DNA from: Eledone cirrhosa
Lineage: Eukaryota
Length of the DNA: 64,000 bases
Direction of reading: 5' to 3'
Assembly (NCBI GenBank): GCA_964016885.1
Contig: OZ024742.1
Location: forward strand, 277,078,001-277,142,000
This document shows positions 50,458 to 63,052 of the stretch, piece by piece; position 1 is the stretch's first letter; each line of letters opens with the position of its first letter. The notes under the pieces are model-generated. The model searched no databases. It was not told where the DNA came from and saw only the letters and a program-made list of their open reading frames with translations. The position numbers were made by a program, and so were the translations under genes.

Positions 50458-51939
50458 CGACGTGTGTGTGTTTGTGTGTATATGATTCTATTGTACATCC
50501 TCCATTACACCTAAATATATTAAAAAATGTACTAAATGTAAAGAAAGAGAACACGCCCAAAGATGCAAATTTATTTTAGCGTTCCATATCCAAAAGGAAA
50601 TACTCTATAAATATAGGAGAAATTTGTTGTTGTTTAACCCTAGGTCAGGCTGACTATTATCAAATAGTAAATTTATGATCAACTACTAAAACCCAGATCA
50701 TCACATCAATTTTTGTTCAAGCATATTTTATCAAAGGCTACTATAATGTCTTTTCTTTAAGGTGTGATTTGAATGAGATTTGACTGTTATTTTTAGCTGG
50801 TCGGACTTTCACGTAAAGGTTGTTTGTTAGTAGAAAAATAGTTAGGCGGTATGGATTAAAATAATACACATTCATACAATGTCTTCCTTTATAAACTAAA
50901 TCAATGGCGATAATGTAAGAGTACTCGTTTTCTTCACATATCCCATCTTTATCCCAGTATTAATTATTTCATTTTACCTTTGTCGTTTTATCACTGTATT
51001 ACGTGAGATCATCATGGCTTAATGGTTAAGAAATTCGATCCCACTGCGTGACATCTTAGGCGTGTGTCATTTACCATAGCTTCGAGTCGATCCATACCTT
51101 ATGAGTTATATTAGGTGGATAGAAACTGTTTGGCAGCCCGTCGGAGGGACTGTACTTGTAATTTAAAGGATTAGATATGTCACACACTGTTATACGCTGA
51201 ATCCCACAGAGAATTACGTTAACTGTATACATATTGCCCAGCCACTTATACATTAACCTTCATGATTAAACAACTGGAACACTTATTGCCAAAACTATCG
51301 GAGATCCATCGAATGCTTGTCCGGTGATCTCAAATTGGGGGCGTTGCTACGCTCTGGCATCCTTGTCATGACCATCCGTTTTTGTTTATATATGAAACTA
51401 CATTTTCAAGGGAGATTTGATTTGGGTTAGTGGGTAAACGCAAAAATAATTTTACTTTAAAATCTGAAAAAAGGTTAATTCCTGATTCCCCACGTAGTGT
51501 AATAATAAATTAAAAATATTATCAGAAAAATTCTGTGGATTTGATCAGCAAGCTAGTAGGCACCGGTGTTTGGTAAATTTCTACATTTTTGTTTTTAGGG
51601 ACCGAGTTAGCTCTGCTTGTTTGCTGTAGTTCTAAGGGTATGTGTAGACAAAAATAACTTGATTACTGTTTTTGTGTGGAAGTATGTTTACTGTTTCACA
51701 GATACACGTACAACGGAGTTAGGGAGTCAGAAAAATATATTTCTTTTTCAAGTAAAAAAGTTATTAAATTATCATGGACTATACAAACATACAAAATGTT
51801 ATCAAAATTTACTGTTTTGCTTTGACTTGGCAAAAAAAGAGACATAATACAGAGAAAACAGTAGTAGGACAGCACTTAAACAACTAGTTTATAAGACACG
51901 CCCAATATACACGTAAAATGATGGTTGAGAGCAATCATA

Positions 51940-52163
51940 TTTTTATGACGTTTTATGCAAGTTTTTGTTTGATTGGTAAACACACAAACAATTTCAATGT
52001 CGACTTCAGCCATTCAAGAGGGTTACATCGAGTGATGTCATAACTATGTGTAATCTATCCATAGTGACGTTTAACGCATTCGCTTCCTTTGAGACGACGC
52101 ATCTGCGTCTGGTAGCATTTACTCCTTCGTTTGCTTTAGCATTGTTTCTGATATCGTTTAAAG
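51940..52163 (+). promoter_or_regulatory. Putative promoter/5'UTR of the AP-1 sigma gene
   Basis: Repeat-free, CpG-retaining stretch with TGACGT twice and ATTGG, directly upstream of ATG|GTAGGT. Confidence 0.4.
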
Positions 52164-52166
52164 ATG
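52164..52166 (+). CDS. AP1S2: Putative exon 1 coding part (ATG only) of AP-1 complex subunit sigma
   Basis: aaagATG|gtaggt donor. AP sigma genes typically end exon 1 at the start codon; this would give MMQFMLLF. Confidence 0.5.
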
Positions 52167-52517
52167 GTAGGTTCACTCTTTATCCTTTTATTACGTCTTC
52201 TTTTAATGTTCTCCTTATTATAGTCATGTTTTATTTTGTTAAATATTCTCTTTTTTGAGGAGAAAGGGCCTGTCTTAATGAGGTTGAATGAATGTATAGC
52301 CACCTGTATTGACATGTATTATAGATTAACTCCCACCTGTTTCAGGTAATTGGATTTATATAGTGACGACGGCTAACGTCATTGTTTAACATACGGCTGT
52401 TACAATGTAAATTACTAGCCGAATATTGAGGATCAGTGTGTTTATTATATATATATAAATATAAATCAGACTACCATTATCAGGGTACTCGATACTTGGG
52501 GTAGTGGAGTGTGGTAT

Positions 52518-52624
52518 TATGAAGCAGTCGGGACCCCGACGGCTGAGCTCCTGTCGTTTTAACAGCCGTTTCAACAGTTGTTGAAACGACAGGAGCTCAG
52601 CCGTCGGAGTCCCGACTCCTTCAT
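52518..52624. repeat. GC-rich foldback, ~45-bp arms
   Basis: tatgaagcagtcgggaccccgacggctgagctcctgtcgttt pairs with aaacgacaggagctcagccgtcggagtcccgactccttcata. Confidence 0.9.
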
Positions 52625-54251
52625 ATTATATGTATGTGTGTGTTTATATATATATATATATATATATATGTAATATATATATATATACATACACACCTGA
52701 ACACTTGAAATAATTTCTTTCATGCTTTTCCTGTAACCTACTTGTTTTGTTAGCTTGCTTATTACTTCACTGCACCGCCCTCTTTTAAATAACTTAACCA
52801 TCAACAAATTATACACATTAATTGTGTTTGTAATAGTTCCGACTTCTTTGAATAAATAAGCTCTACTTGTATTGAACACTTTTCTCATTTGTATATCTAA
52901 ACACATACATAAATATATAGTCATCATTTAATGTTCCGTGTCTTATTTAAAATGTGTTGATTGAAACAGTAATTGATTAGAGAGATAGTAACTACTGAAA
53001 TATTACTTCAGTAGAGAAAGAAGTTAATACACACACGTTAGTTTCACGTTTGTAAGGTGAACAACTTTAATTGTGGTTACATTTGCAATTAGATAACTCC
53101 CTTTGAGAGTATCCAAAATTTTTTGAAAACAAGCAAGGGAGATAATGATTGTTATCCGATAGAAAGTTTTGAAAAATATATTGTTTTAATGCATCAGATG
53201 TTTCGATTTTAGTACTTCGGTGTACAGCCTACTCGATTCAGTTGGCAAAACTGAAATGATTCGTATATAAAAACAAGGGAAATGTATTGACGCTGATTAT
53301 GAATATCAACAATAGGGTTCTGAATGTTATAAATACAGATACAATTGAGCCTCACTTACGTAATATATTGTGTTGAAAAACTGAAAGATTTTTATGTAGT
53401 TAATAACGAAGTAGATTCTTGTTTAACCCCATATCAGCCGTTGACAGAGCAAACCTGTGATCAATTATGCCTCATCAGACAGCTGGGTGTGATTTGAGAC
53501 AAATTTGGCTGCTATTTCTAGCTTGTTCAGTGACCATGTAGAGAATCTCTCAGGTGATTTGCATGAAAGTGTATATATTTGTGTACGTGTGACTATCTTT
53601 GTAGTATGTACATAAGTTTTGACTAAGTGTTTGTATGTGTGTGCTTGAATGTTTTGTACTTCAGAAAGGACTGTTGATAAAGGCAACCTTTGACCGAGTC
53701 AGTTGGAATTAATGTTTGATGAAAATCAGTACACACCCCTGTTTATATACACAGGTATGCATTCAGTTGTATATACACTCCTAAATACAGTGTGTATATC
53801 ACTATATTCTCTTGGATTTTCTCTTCCTCCTGTCTGATGGCTTCTCATATCTATATATATAATTTCGTGTGAGTGTGTGTGTGTATCTATGTATGTATAT
53901 ATATATATGTATGCAACACAATCGGTACAGTATATGGAAGGGATATATTAGGTTAACGCTTGATATAGCAGGAAGAGAGTATTAACGTTTCGGACGCTAG
54001 TACTTCATCAGAAGAAAGAATGAGAAATAAAATAGATTAAGGGGACGGGCGGGATGGAATTGGAAAAAATATCTTTAGATAAAAACAGGTCCATTCATGT
54101 TGACATCTCTTAATGTGTGTGTGTGTATACCCTTGCAATCAGGGAAAAGCGGACGTAAAATGATGATGATGATGATATATATGTATATATATATCTTTAT
54201 ATATATATATATAGAGAGAGAAATGATTACACAACAGTTAGATCACCATAC

Positions 54252-54289
54252 CGAGAACAATTGTTTCACCTTAGCGGATCCTCAGCTCG
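54252..54289 (-). ncRNA. Minimal hammerhead-like motif (degenerate stem II)
   Basis: cgag CTGAGGA tccgctaaggt GAAAC aatt GTT ctcg; a U-U mismatch replaces the G10.1-C11.1 pair. Confidence 0.45.
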
Positions 54290-54311
54290 TATATATATAC
54301 ACGCATATATA

Positions 54312-55890
54312 TCATCATTTTAAGTCCGTTGTTCCACACTTGTATAGGTTGGATGACATCTTAATACAGCATCTCTCCTCTTGTTGCATTCCTTTGTCAT
54401 CTCTTCTGTGAGATTTAGCAATCTGGGATCAGCTCTCACCACTTGCATCCAGGTCTTTGTCAACTATGGCTTCCTTCCACTGGGATTATTTGGCACTTTA
54501 CTCGGCGATCATCATCCATGCACATACCAACGCAGTCTCCTCTTCTGCACACTACTTCTGATTCTTCTTGTACCGATTTTCTCCCTCAGTTCATCTATGC
54601 TTTGACATTCTTGCACAACCTTTTGTTGTTAGCAGGGGTAGCAGTTCACTAAACTTCTTTTCTGTACTTATTCTAGCTACTTTGCTCTCTGAGTACCATC
54701 CTCCACTGTTAATTATATCACTCAGGTAACAGAAGCTATCAACCTTCTATATGCAGAAAACCTCACCCCTGTGATCTTCGCATCGCAAGTTATTGGCAAA
54801 CTTCCTTCTTTCAGCTTCTTTTTGTGTTATATATACACCCGTTGCCTAGCCTCTTTTTTAGCTACCAGGTACTAGTCTTTTCTGCCCCCATTTTTCCACA
54901 CATGTCCCTTAGCTTTAATGGCTCTAGCTACTGTGCTGCTCCACCACCAGGTCAACCTCTGTATGGTTGATGATTTGCTCTAGCCACAAGTTTTTTCAGT
55001 AGTCTGTAGTAGGTTATCATGTAGGAACTTCCAATTGCCCTCTGTCATATGTGTCTAACTCGTCTTCCTTCTCATATGCCTCAAGTAAAGCTTTCCTGAA
55101 CCTACACTTAACAGAAAGGTCCTTTAACCTCCAAACTCTCCTTCTCCAGATTCTCCCGTGTTTCTTCTTCTGTCTTAAGCTTATTTTGACATCACCAATA
55201 ACTAACTTATGTTTGGCAGTGTATTCTTCTCCAGAGAAGGTCTTAATATTTTTATCTGTCAATCTCGTTTTTTAACAAGTACAAAGTCAATTTGGCTCAT
55301 GTGTTCACCTGACTGGTCGGTGATCTGGTGGCTGGCCGATTTCTTGAAGTTAGTGTTGCAAATGGTTAAATCATTTGCATCTCAGATTCACAGGAGCCTC
55401 ATTCCTTATTCATTTCTTGAGCCATAGCCATTGCCACTGTGTACATTGGTGTAGCCATCCTTATGCTATCCAGCATGTCCATTAAAGTTGCCTGCTAGGA
55501 TGAGGTCTCTGTTATCAGTAACTGAGGTTGTCTGTAGATGATCATAAAAGTGGTCCTTTTGTTCTTTACTTAGTCCTGCTCATGGTGCCTAGCTAGAGAT
55601 AATTGTTGTCATTCTATTGCCCATTCCTATTGTAAGTTTGATAATTCTGTCACTCTAATTACTTTGATTACTTTATTTGTCCACTTCTCAGCTAGGATGC
55701 CTACTTCACTTACCACTTTGTAATTACCTACCCAGAAGAGCTTGTTCCTATGTTGCTTGCCTGGAGAACCGTCTCTCCATCTCATCTCCTGAACACAGTA
55801 TATAGCCACTCCTCGCCTCTCAAGCAACTTCACAATTTCACCTGATCTACTTTTCAGTGTGCCCAGATTGAGTATAGCAGCTCTGAGATC
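54312..55890 (-). mobile_element. Old RTE LINE with APE domain; RT core deleted
   Basis: NLGTLKSRSGEIVKLLERRGVAIYCVQEMRWR, AGNFNGHAG, ICNTNF, KHKLVIGD, then a jump to the C-terminal region. Confidence 0.8.
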
Positions 55891-56526
55891 AGTTACCTAG
55901 TAATGGTGATTTGGTCCATTTGTAGTTCTTTGTACCTGGAAAGAAATAAGGGTGTACAATTGTTTGATGACGATCAAAGGGTTCTTTTGAATGGCTAAGT
56001 TAGCCACTCCACTACCGTATGCAGCACTACCATGACTAATGTTAGTCCTGTATATGCAATTAGTGAGATGTTTGTGTTGTGCTTTGCATAGTTTTGGCAA
56101 GGTTTTATTAGCTGGATGCCCTTCTTATCACTAATTACTTTACAGTGTGGACTGGGTGCATTATTTACCACCACTAGAGAAGTTGTCTGACCAGACTAAA
56201 CAGTCCACTCTACTCCATGCAATTGTATTTTATTTGGAGTCACTGCCTGCTTGGATGAGCTGTCTTCTGCATGGCTTATGAAGCCATGTCTACCCTATGC
56301 TGTCATATTTTATTTAGAGTCACTGCCCTCCTAGATGGGCTGCCTTTTGCATGGCTTATGGAGTCCACGTCTACCTCGTGCTGATTTATGTTATTGTTTT
56401 GAATCACTGGTCTCCTAGTCAAACTGGCTTTACCTGACTTATGGAACACTTTTGTTCTGTGCAGTCTTGTTTTGTTTTATTTGTAGTAACTGTTTTCCCA
56501 CATGGACTGTATTCTCTCTCAGGCAA

Positions 56527-56871
56527 TCATCATCATCATTTCATTTTACGTCCGCTTTTTCCCTGCTTCCAAGGGTGAGACTGGAACTGATTCTGGCTTG
56601 ATTTTTACAGCTGGATGCCCTTCCTAACAACAACCTCATTTACAGTGAGTGCTGGGTGCTTTTTTTGCCGTGGCACCTCCACGACCACTTTGCAGTGGAA
56701 TGATATGGACCTCAGTCCCTATCATCTCAATTCTACAGCTGAGTAAACTGGAGCAATGTGAAATAAAGTGTCTTGCTCAAGGAAACAACACATCACCCGG
56801 TCTGAGAATTGAACTCACAACCTTTCGATTGCAAGGCCAATGCTCTAACCACTAAGCCATGTGCCTCCATG
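56527..56871 (-). mobile_element. tRNA-derived SINE (family A) with RTE tail
   Basis: Reverse-complement match to 8533-8868. Confidence 0.8.
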
Positions 56872-57880
56872 TTTTAAATATCTATTCTGAGTGACAACAC
56901 TGCCAGTATGTCATACGGAACCCTTGTCTATCATTCCCAGCATAGCTGCAATCCGTGAACTGTCATTGTGCATACCACAGTGGCAGAACACCGTACTGGA
57001 AGGTGGTGGCAAGGGGGAGTGGGATCGGAAGGTGACAGAAAGTAGCTGGAAGGTGGCAGAAAGAGGGTCAGAAGGTTGCAGAAAGAGGCTGATTGGAAGA
57101 TTTTATGGAAAGAAAAATTGCAATTGAGATTTTATGGAAGGAGAAATTGCAATGGAAAAGATTTATGCTCAATGTGTTTATACAGATAGAAATATAGTGA
57201 GGAGACTTTTAGAGGGTAGAAGACAGGTTGCATTCTTAACACAGATATAACAAATTAAGATGACAGAAAGAAGTTCTTACATAGTTTAATCCTTACAATT
57301 ATTTTGATACATAGTTTTTCTTCAAACACAGAACAAGGCAAATGTAATCATAATAATATTAATGATAATAATTAGAATAGAAACAAGAGGAATAGTGTAT
57401 ATACTTTATGCTAGTTTTGTATTTTAAAAAGTTTGTATTTCTTCAGAAGATTAACCCTTTAGCATTTACATTATTCTATATTTACTATTGTATTTTTGCG
57501 GTAAAGGCTTTATCTCATAATTATCTCACATAATATCGAATCTATGAGATTTTGATATTATTTTGACAAGTGGACACTATGTTTTTATCAAGTCCCTTTC
57601 TCCTCCTACTGATATGTTATACTTCCCCTCACTTCTCATCTATCACCCACTATCAATCCACTATGAAATGCCACCATGTAGCAAGGTGTGGCACTTAGCC
57701 TGTTGATATACAATTCTACCAACTTCACTCTTGTTACCATTCTAATTATTACCAATATCACTGTACCTCTTCCATCATCACCCTTTTATCTCTTCGCCTA
57801 TCTCAACCATTTACTGCTACCAATAAAAACACATTCACTAGTTGAATTTCACTTTGGTTTTATTATTAGTTATGTAACTA

Positions 57881-58097
57881 GGGCGGTGGATTGGCAGTAT
57901 CAGTAGAGAGTCTGACGCCATGCTTTGCAGCATGGAGTTACGGTCCTTTCCAGTCTGAGTTCAAATCCCACTGAGGTTAACTATACCTTTCATCCTAACG
58001 GGGGTCGATAAAATAAAGCACCAGTAACGTACTGGGGTTGATTTAATCGACTTTCCCCTCCCCCAAAATTGCTTGCCTTGTGCCTATACTAGAAGTC
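57881..58097 (+). mobile_element. tRNA-derived SINE (family B) with 19-bp TSD
   Basis: attattagttatgtaacta at 57862-57880 and 58098-58116. Confidence 0.85.
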
Positions 58098-58266
58098 ATT
58101 ATTAGTTATGTAACTAATCCATTCCTCAGTTAGTTTAGTGACCAGATGGTTGTTTAATTGTTAGATCTTTTGTCACACATTCTGTGGCCTTCTTAGTGAT
58201 TATTTTTGCCCCTCTGTGTCTCTTCGTTTTGATTTCATTTTATTACTCCATATAGATATAAAGTTA

Positions 58267-58608
58267 TCTATATACTACTAAAACTCTGTGATTGTGTCTT
58301 GTCTGTAATTTTATGCAGCCAAAATGGCACATAATGGGGAAAATACTTTGAAAGGAAGTTGCCCCTGAAATGGGAATACAAATGGAATAAAATAAGTTTC
58401 ACATAAATCGGAGCACGGATTCCTGTGATTCGGGGTTTTTCTGGGTACTTTCAATAAATTGAGATAGAGAGAAATATTGAGAGAAAGAGATAGTGGTTGA
58501 GAGACATGTTTGTGTATATTTTAATTATGTAAAAATTATATTAAGTGAACATGATTTAAAAAAAATATTTTTAAGTGAACCTGACCTAACGGGTCACAGG
58601 TGGTTTAG
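58267..58608 (+). mobile_element. Probable non-autonomous Helitron
   Basis: A|TCTATATACTACTAAAA start; 3' hairpin tgacc-taacg-ggtca then TTAG|T. Confidence 0.5.
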
Positions 58609-59419
58609 TGTAATATAAAAATTATAATACAATGGCCCTTATTAATTCTCACAGCCCCATCCCCCTCAATGTGAAGCACTAGATTGTTCTACAGCTATCA
58701 CACATACACACACCTCAAATCTCCAGTTTTTGCCCATAGAAGATAATTATTCAGTTGGATAATTTTGTATGTTTATAACTAGTGTGTAGATTTCGTAGTA
58801 TAGTGAAACATACCTACCTACCTACCTACCTACATATTTGAACACACACATGGTGTTGGTTGTTTAAACCAGATCAATTCTGTTTGAGGAGATTTTTGGT
58901 TAAAGATGTTTCAAGGTGCTCTCAGTACTACATTATCAAGCATTATTTTCTATGATAATGCAGTGTAATTTGAGGAAGCTGTTATTTTTCACAGTTTGAA
59001 CAACCACATAAGTCCCTCATTTGTTTGTTTTGTTTAACCTCAGGTCAACCATGATCAAACAGGCCTATGATCAAAGGCATTCCTTCAGTGACCATCTTGT
59101 CTTTTATCTGTGCCTGGAACCCAGCAGCATGTTATTCCAATATGCCCACGTCTAAGACAATGGGGTGTGATTTGAGGGAGATTTGATAGCTCTAGCTCCC
59201 TTTGTCAACTACATTTTGGTGCATCAAGACAGAGAAACTAGACTCGGTCATTTTATAATACTCAATATTTTTTTAATTTATAATAAGGATTTATACGTAC
59301 TTACTGTTCTACTGAGTATACACTATTATAATTCACCATCTTATAACCATATTAATCCACATTGTGTTTAAAATGGGATTTTCTCTATTTAATCTTGGAT
59401 TAATTTTCATGTGTTCACA

Positions 59420-59960
59420 AGTGAAGGAGGCTGAATTAAGTGCAAGAATTGCAGGAGCTGGTGCAGTAATGCACCAGCTTCATCATTCAGTAATCAGGTG
59501 GGCAGGTGTAAAAGCCAAACTTGCTATCTTCAATTCGGTATTCATGCCAACCCTTACCCATGGTCATGAATCTTGGGTAATGACTAGAAGAATACAATTG
59601 CAAATACAAGCGGCTGAAATGGGGTTCCTTCGAAGTGTCTTTGAAGTAACGTTATTCGATAAAGTGCGTAGCTCGGAGATCAGTAAGTTGCTCCAGGTAC
59701 AGCTGCAATTTCTTCAAATTGAGAGATCACAGCCCTGATACTATGGGCATGTGGTTGGAATGTCTCAGGAAAGAATTACTGGACAGATTTTTCGGGCAAA
59801 ACCAACCAGCAGGAGACCTAGGGTTAGACCCTGAGCAAGATGGTTGGGTAACATCCAGGAGCTTGGCTGGTCTCACTTGGGGATCCAGCCAGATCAGTTG
59901 GAGACGGCTGCTTCTGACAGGACCTGCTGGAAGGAGTATTTGAGGACTCTGCCCCCATGA
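59420..59960 (+). mobile_element. RTE-like LINE 3' fragment (second family)
   Basis: PTLTHGHESWVMT...QAAEMGFLR...DKVRSSEI...IERSQ. Confidence 0.8.
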
Positions 59961-60257
59961 GCCTCCCAGGAATAATTGGGAAAATGAGGAAGAAGAATAA
60001 AAATATAAAAATGGAATTAAAATACATTGATTACTACTTTTTAAAGGGACATAACTCTGCTTGCTTCAGTTTGCCTGATTCATGTGTAATAAAAATAATA
60101 TCCAACATTAAAAATATTGTCAATCCTACTCATTCAAATATAGTAGAATGGAAATAAAGCAGTAAAATATTTTAAAAATTTAAATTTCATTGAGATTTTG
60201 GACCTGGTTTATTTAAAACCAGATAAGGCGACAAGCATACAATTGTTAAATATGTAT

Positions 60258-60299
<42 letters not shown>

Positions 60300-62873
60300 G
60301 TAAGGTGTATTATTGGTTGTGTCATACGGCTCAATAAACTTTTGTTAACAATATTAAGTTCTCCAGGCTTTTGTATATCTCCATTCCATCCGCACGATCG
60401 ATCTATCACCATCATCGTTTAACGTCCATCTTCCACGCTTGCATGGGTTTGGACGGCTATCTCTTATTGAAACATGTCGTGATTAAAATGATCGGAAATT
60501 TATACCATGCCTTTGGATCTTTATTTTGACGCGCGCGCGCGCGCTCTCACTCACTCACTGAGCATGCATCAGTTGTTAGCTGTCGGGACATGTATCTGTG
60601 TGATATCACGACTCGTACACTGTTCACTTTCATGACATATGTGCATTTGATGAGTTGTAGTGTATATCTTATATATATACTATATATGTTATTTACGGAT
60701 ATTATATCATAGTCAAATAATTTTGAGGAAAAGGACGTGGAAGCTGGGGGAACCATCAGCCAGTGTTAAAGTCAAGGGTGCCTTGCTTGACTCTAATGAC
60801 AGTAAGGAAAAGAAAATAGAGACAACATAGAACAGAGGAAGGTCCTGAGAGATAACCTGTTGAAGGCCATAGACAAGACCTGTGGTTAAAAGCAAGGTCT
60901 CAGGGAGACAGAAAGTAGCATAGTGGTGGAATAGTAGGGTGGATGAGACAGGTGATAAGGCCTATGAAAGCTTGTGATTTGGTGAAAGCTGACCTCACAA
61001 AACTGAATTTTAGGAACAAGATGACACAGGACTCAGTTCACTGCCAATATGTTATACTATGAAAGACTCACCTTCTCACACAAGCAGTATGAAATGAGTA
61101 TGGTCGGGAAGAAACAGAAGTGTAACAATATTTAGGTCCCATCTTGTCAATATGCTCCTCACTCCCATCCAACTGCCTTGCCCCTACTTTACTATCTAAA
61201 TTAGTTTTTCCTCACTCATTCATCCTTGACCAGCCCATGTCAGCATGGAAAGTTGAATGCGCCTCCACAATGTACTATTACTCCAACTCAAGATCTCTGA
61301 TTCATTTTCCCTGTTCAACTCATGCCAACATGGAAAGATGGACATGCCCCACAATATACTGGCAGATGTCATTCATTTCATGGTTACCTCCACAACTTGA
61401 AGCTTGCTCTCCATCTCTCACTGAGATAACCTCCATTCCTTGCCAAGAACATAAGCTTTCCCATCCCTTTTCATTTTGTATCCCACTCCCATTACAACCT
61501 TCCTAACCTGATCGAGAACACAGCAAATGTCTTAGTGTTGTAATAGTGTAGTGCTGGTATCACAATAAAATACACTCAGCCCGCTCTATAAATAGGTATT
61601 GTTGGTGTTGCGATAAAATGCACCCAGCCTACTATGTAAAGTGGTAGTGTTGGTGCTGCAATTAAAAGCACCCAGTCCATCCTGTAGGGTGGCAGAACTA
61701 TTATTATGATGAAATGCATCTAGTACTTGCTGTAAAGTGGTTGGTGTTAGGAAGGGTAACTAACGATTGAAACCAAGCCCAAAACAATGTATGAGTAAGA
61801 CATGGTCATTTGATGTCTAGCTCCAGAACATGTCAACCTATTTAACCTATCAGACATGCTGGGGCACCATTTTCAAAGATTTAAGTGATCATATCAACCT
61901 CAGTACTTATTTTCAAGTCTGGTAATAACTTGAAAATACTCTAGTCAGCTGGCATCAGGCTATAAAGAGCTGTGAGTTGGCTCTCGGGTAATGTTGAGGC
62001 AATTGGAATACTTACAGATGTTAAAACAGTTTATTATGCTGTAGCAAACATTAAGCCTGGTCCAGGGTATTGAATCGGCCTGGTTATTTGATGCTGGTTG
62101 AGTGTCAATTTAATATGGCACAAAAACTATTCAACATCTGTTTGGGTTTAGAACATATTGCTGGAGGGCATGAAAGATATACCTTTTGAAAATCATTGAA
62201 AAATAACTATAGCCTCTGTTGGGGTGCAGTGGTTACATAACCATATACCCTAATGATGTAATGAAATAGTGTTGGTGTTATTACAAAGGATGCCTGTCCA
62301 CCCTGTAAGGTGGTAGTGCTGGTGCTATGACAAAAAGCATCCAGGCCACCCTGTAAGGTGGAGTGTCACAGTCATGATAAAACGCTCCCAGTACACTCTG
62401 TAAAGTGGTTGGTTTTAGGAAGGGCATCCAGCCATAGAAACCATGCTCTAAGTATACGCTGTAAAGTGGCAGATGTCATGCTTCCAGTACATGCTGTAAT
62501 GTGGTGGTGTAAGGAAGGATATCCAGCCATAGAAACCAAGCCAAAACAAAGGTTATAAGCAGGACCTAATTACCTGATCAGTTTGACCTCAGCATATGAC
62601 AGCCATCTAACCCATGCAAGCATGGAAAACAAATTTTAAACAGTGATGATGATGATGAATTTCAGCCATGGCATGGTTATTAATTATTATAATTTATTGA
62701 TATCCGAAGGAAGAAATTCAATTACAAATTTTGGGGAAAGGGTATAGTTGAGTATAATTTTGGTATTTAGCTCATCAACCTGAGAGATGAAATGTAAATT
62801 GAACCTGTAAAGGAATTTTGTCTGATTTTCTATTGATTCCACTCAGCTCATAACTTATTTTTTTCTCCTCCAG

Positions 62874-63052
62874 ATGCAATTTATGTTGTTATTTAGTCGT
62901 CAAGGGAAACTAAGACTGCAGAAATGGTATGTGGCTCATCCAGACAAAGTAAAGAAGAAGATTACCCGGGAGCTTGTTACTTTGGTTCTTGCCAGAAAAC
63001 CAAAAATGTGCAGCTTTCTGGAGTGGAAGGATTTGAAAATAGTTTATAAAAG
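62874..63052 (+). CDS. AP1S2: Exon of AP-1 complex subunit sigma (clathrin adaptor small chain)
   Basis: [19 protein letters not shown]...[30 protein letters not shown]. Acceptor ttttttctcctccag, donor AG|GTATGT, 179 bp. Assignment among the AP1S1/2/3 paralog names is nominal. Confidence 0.96.
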
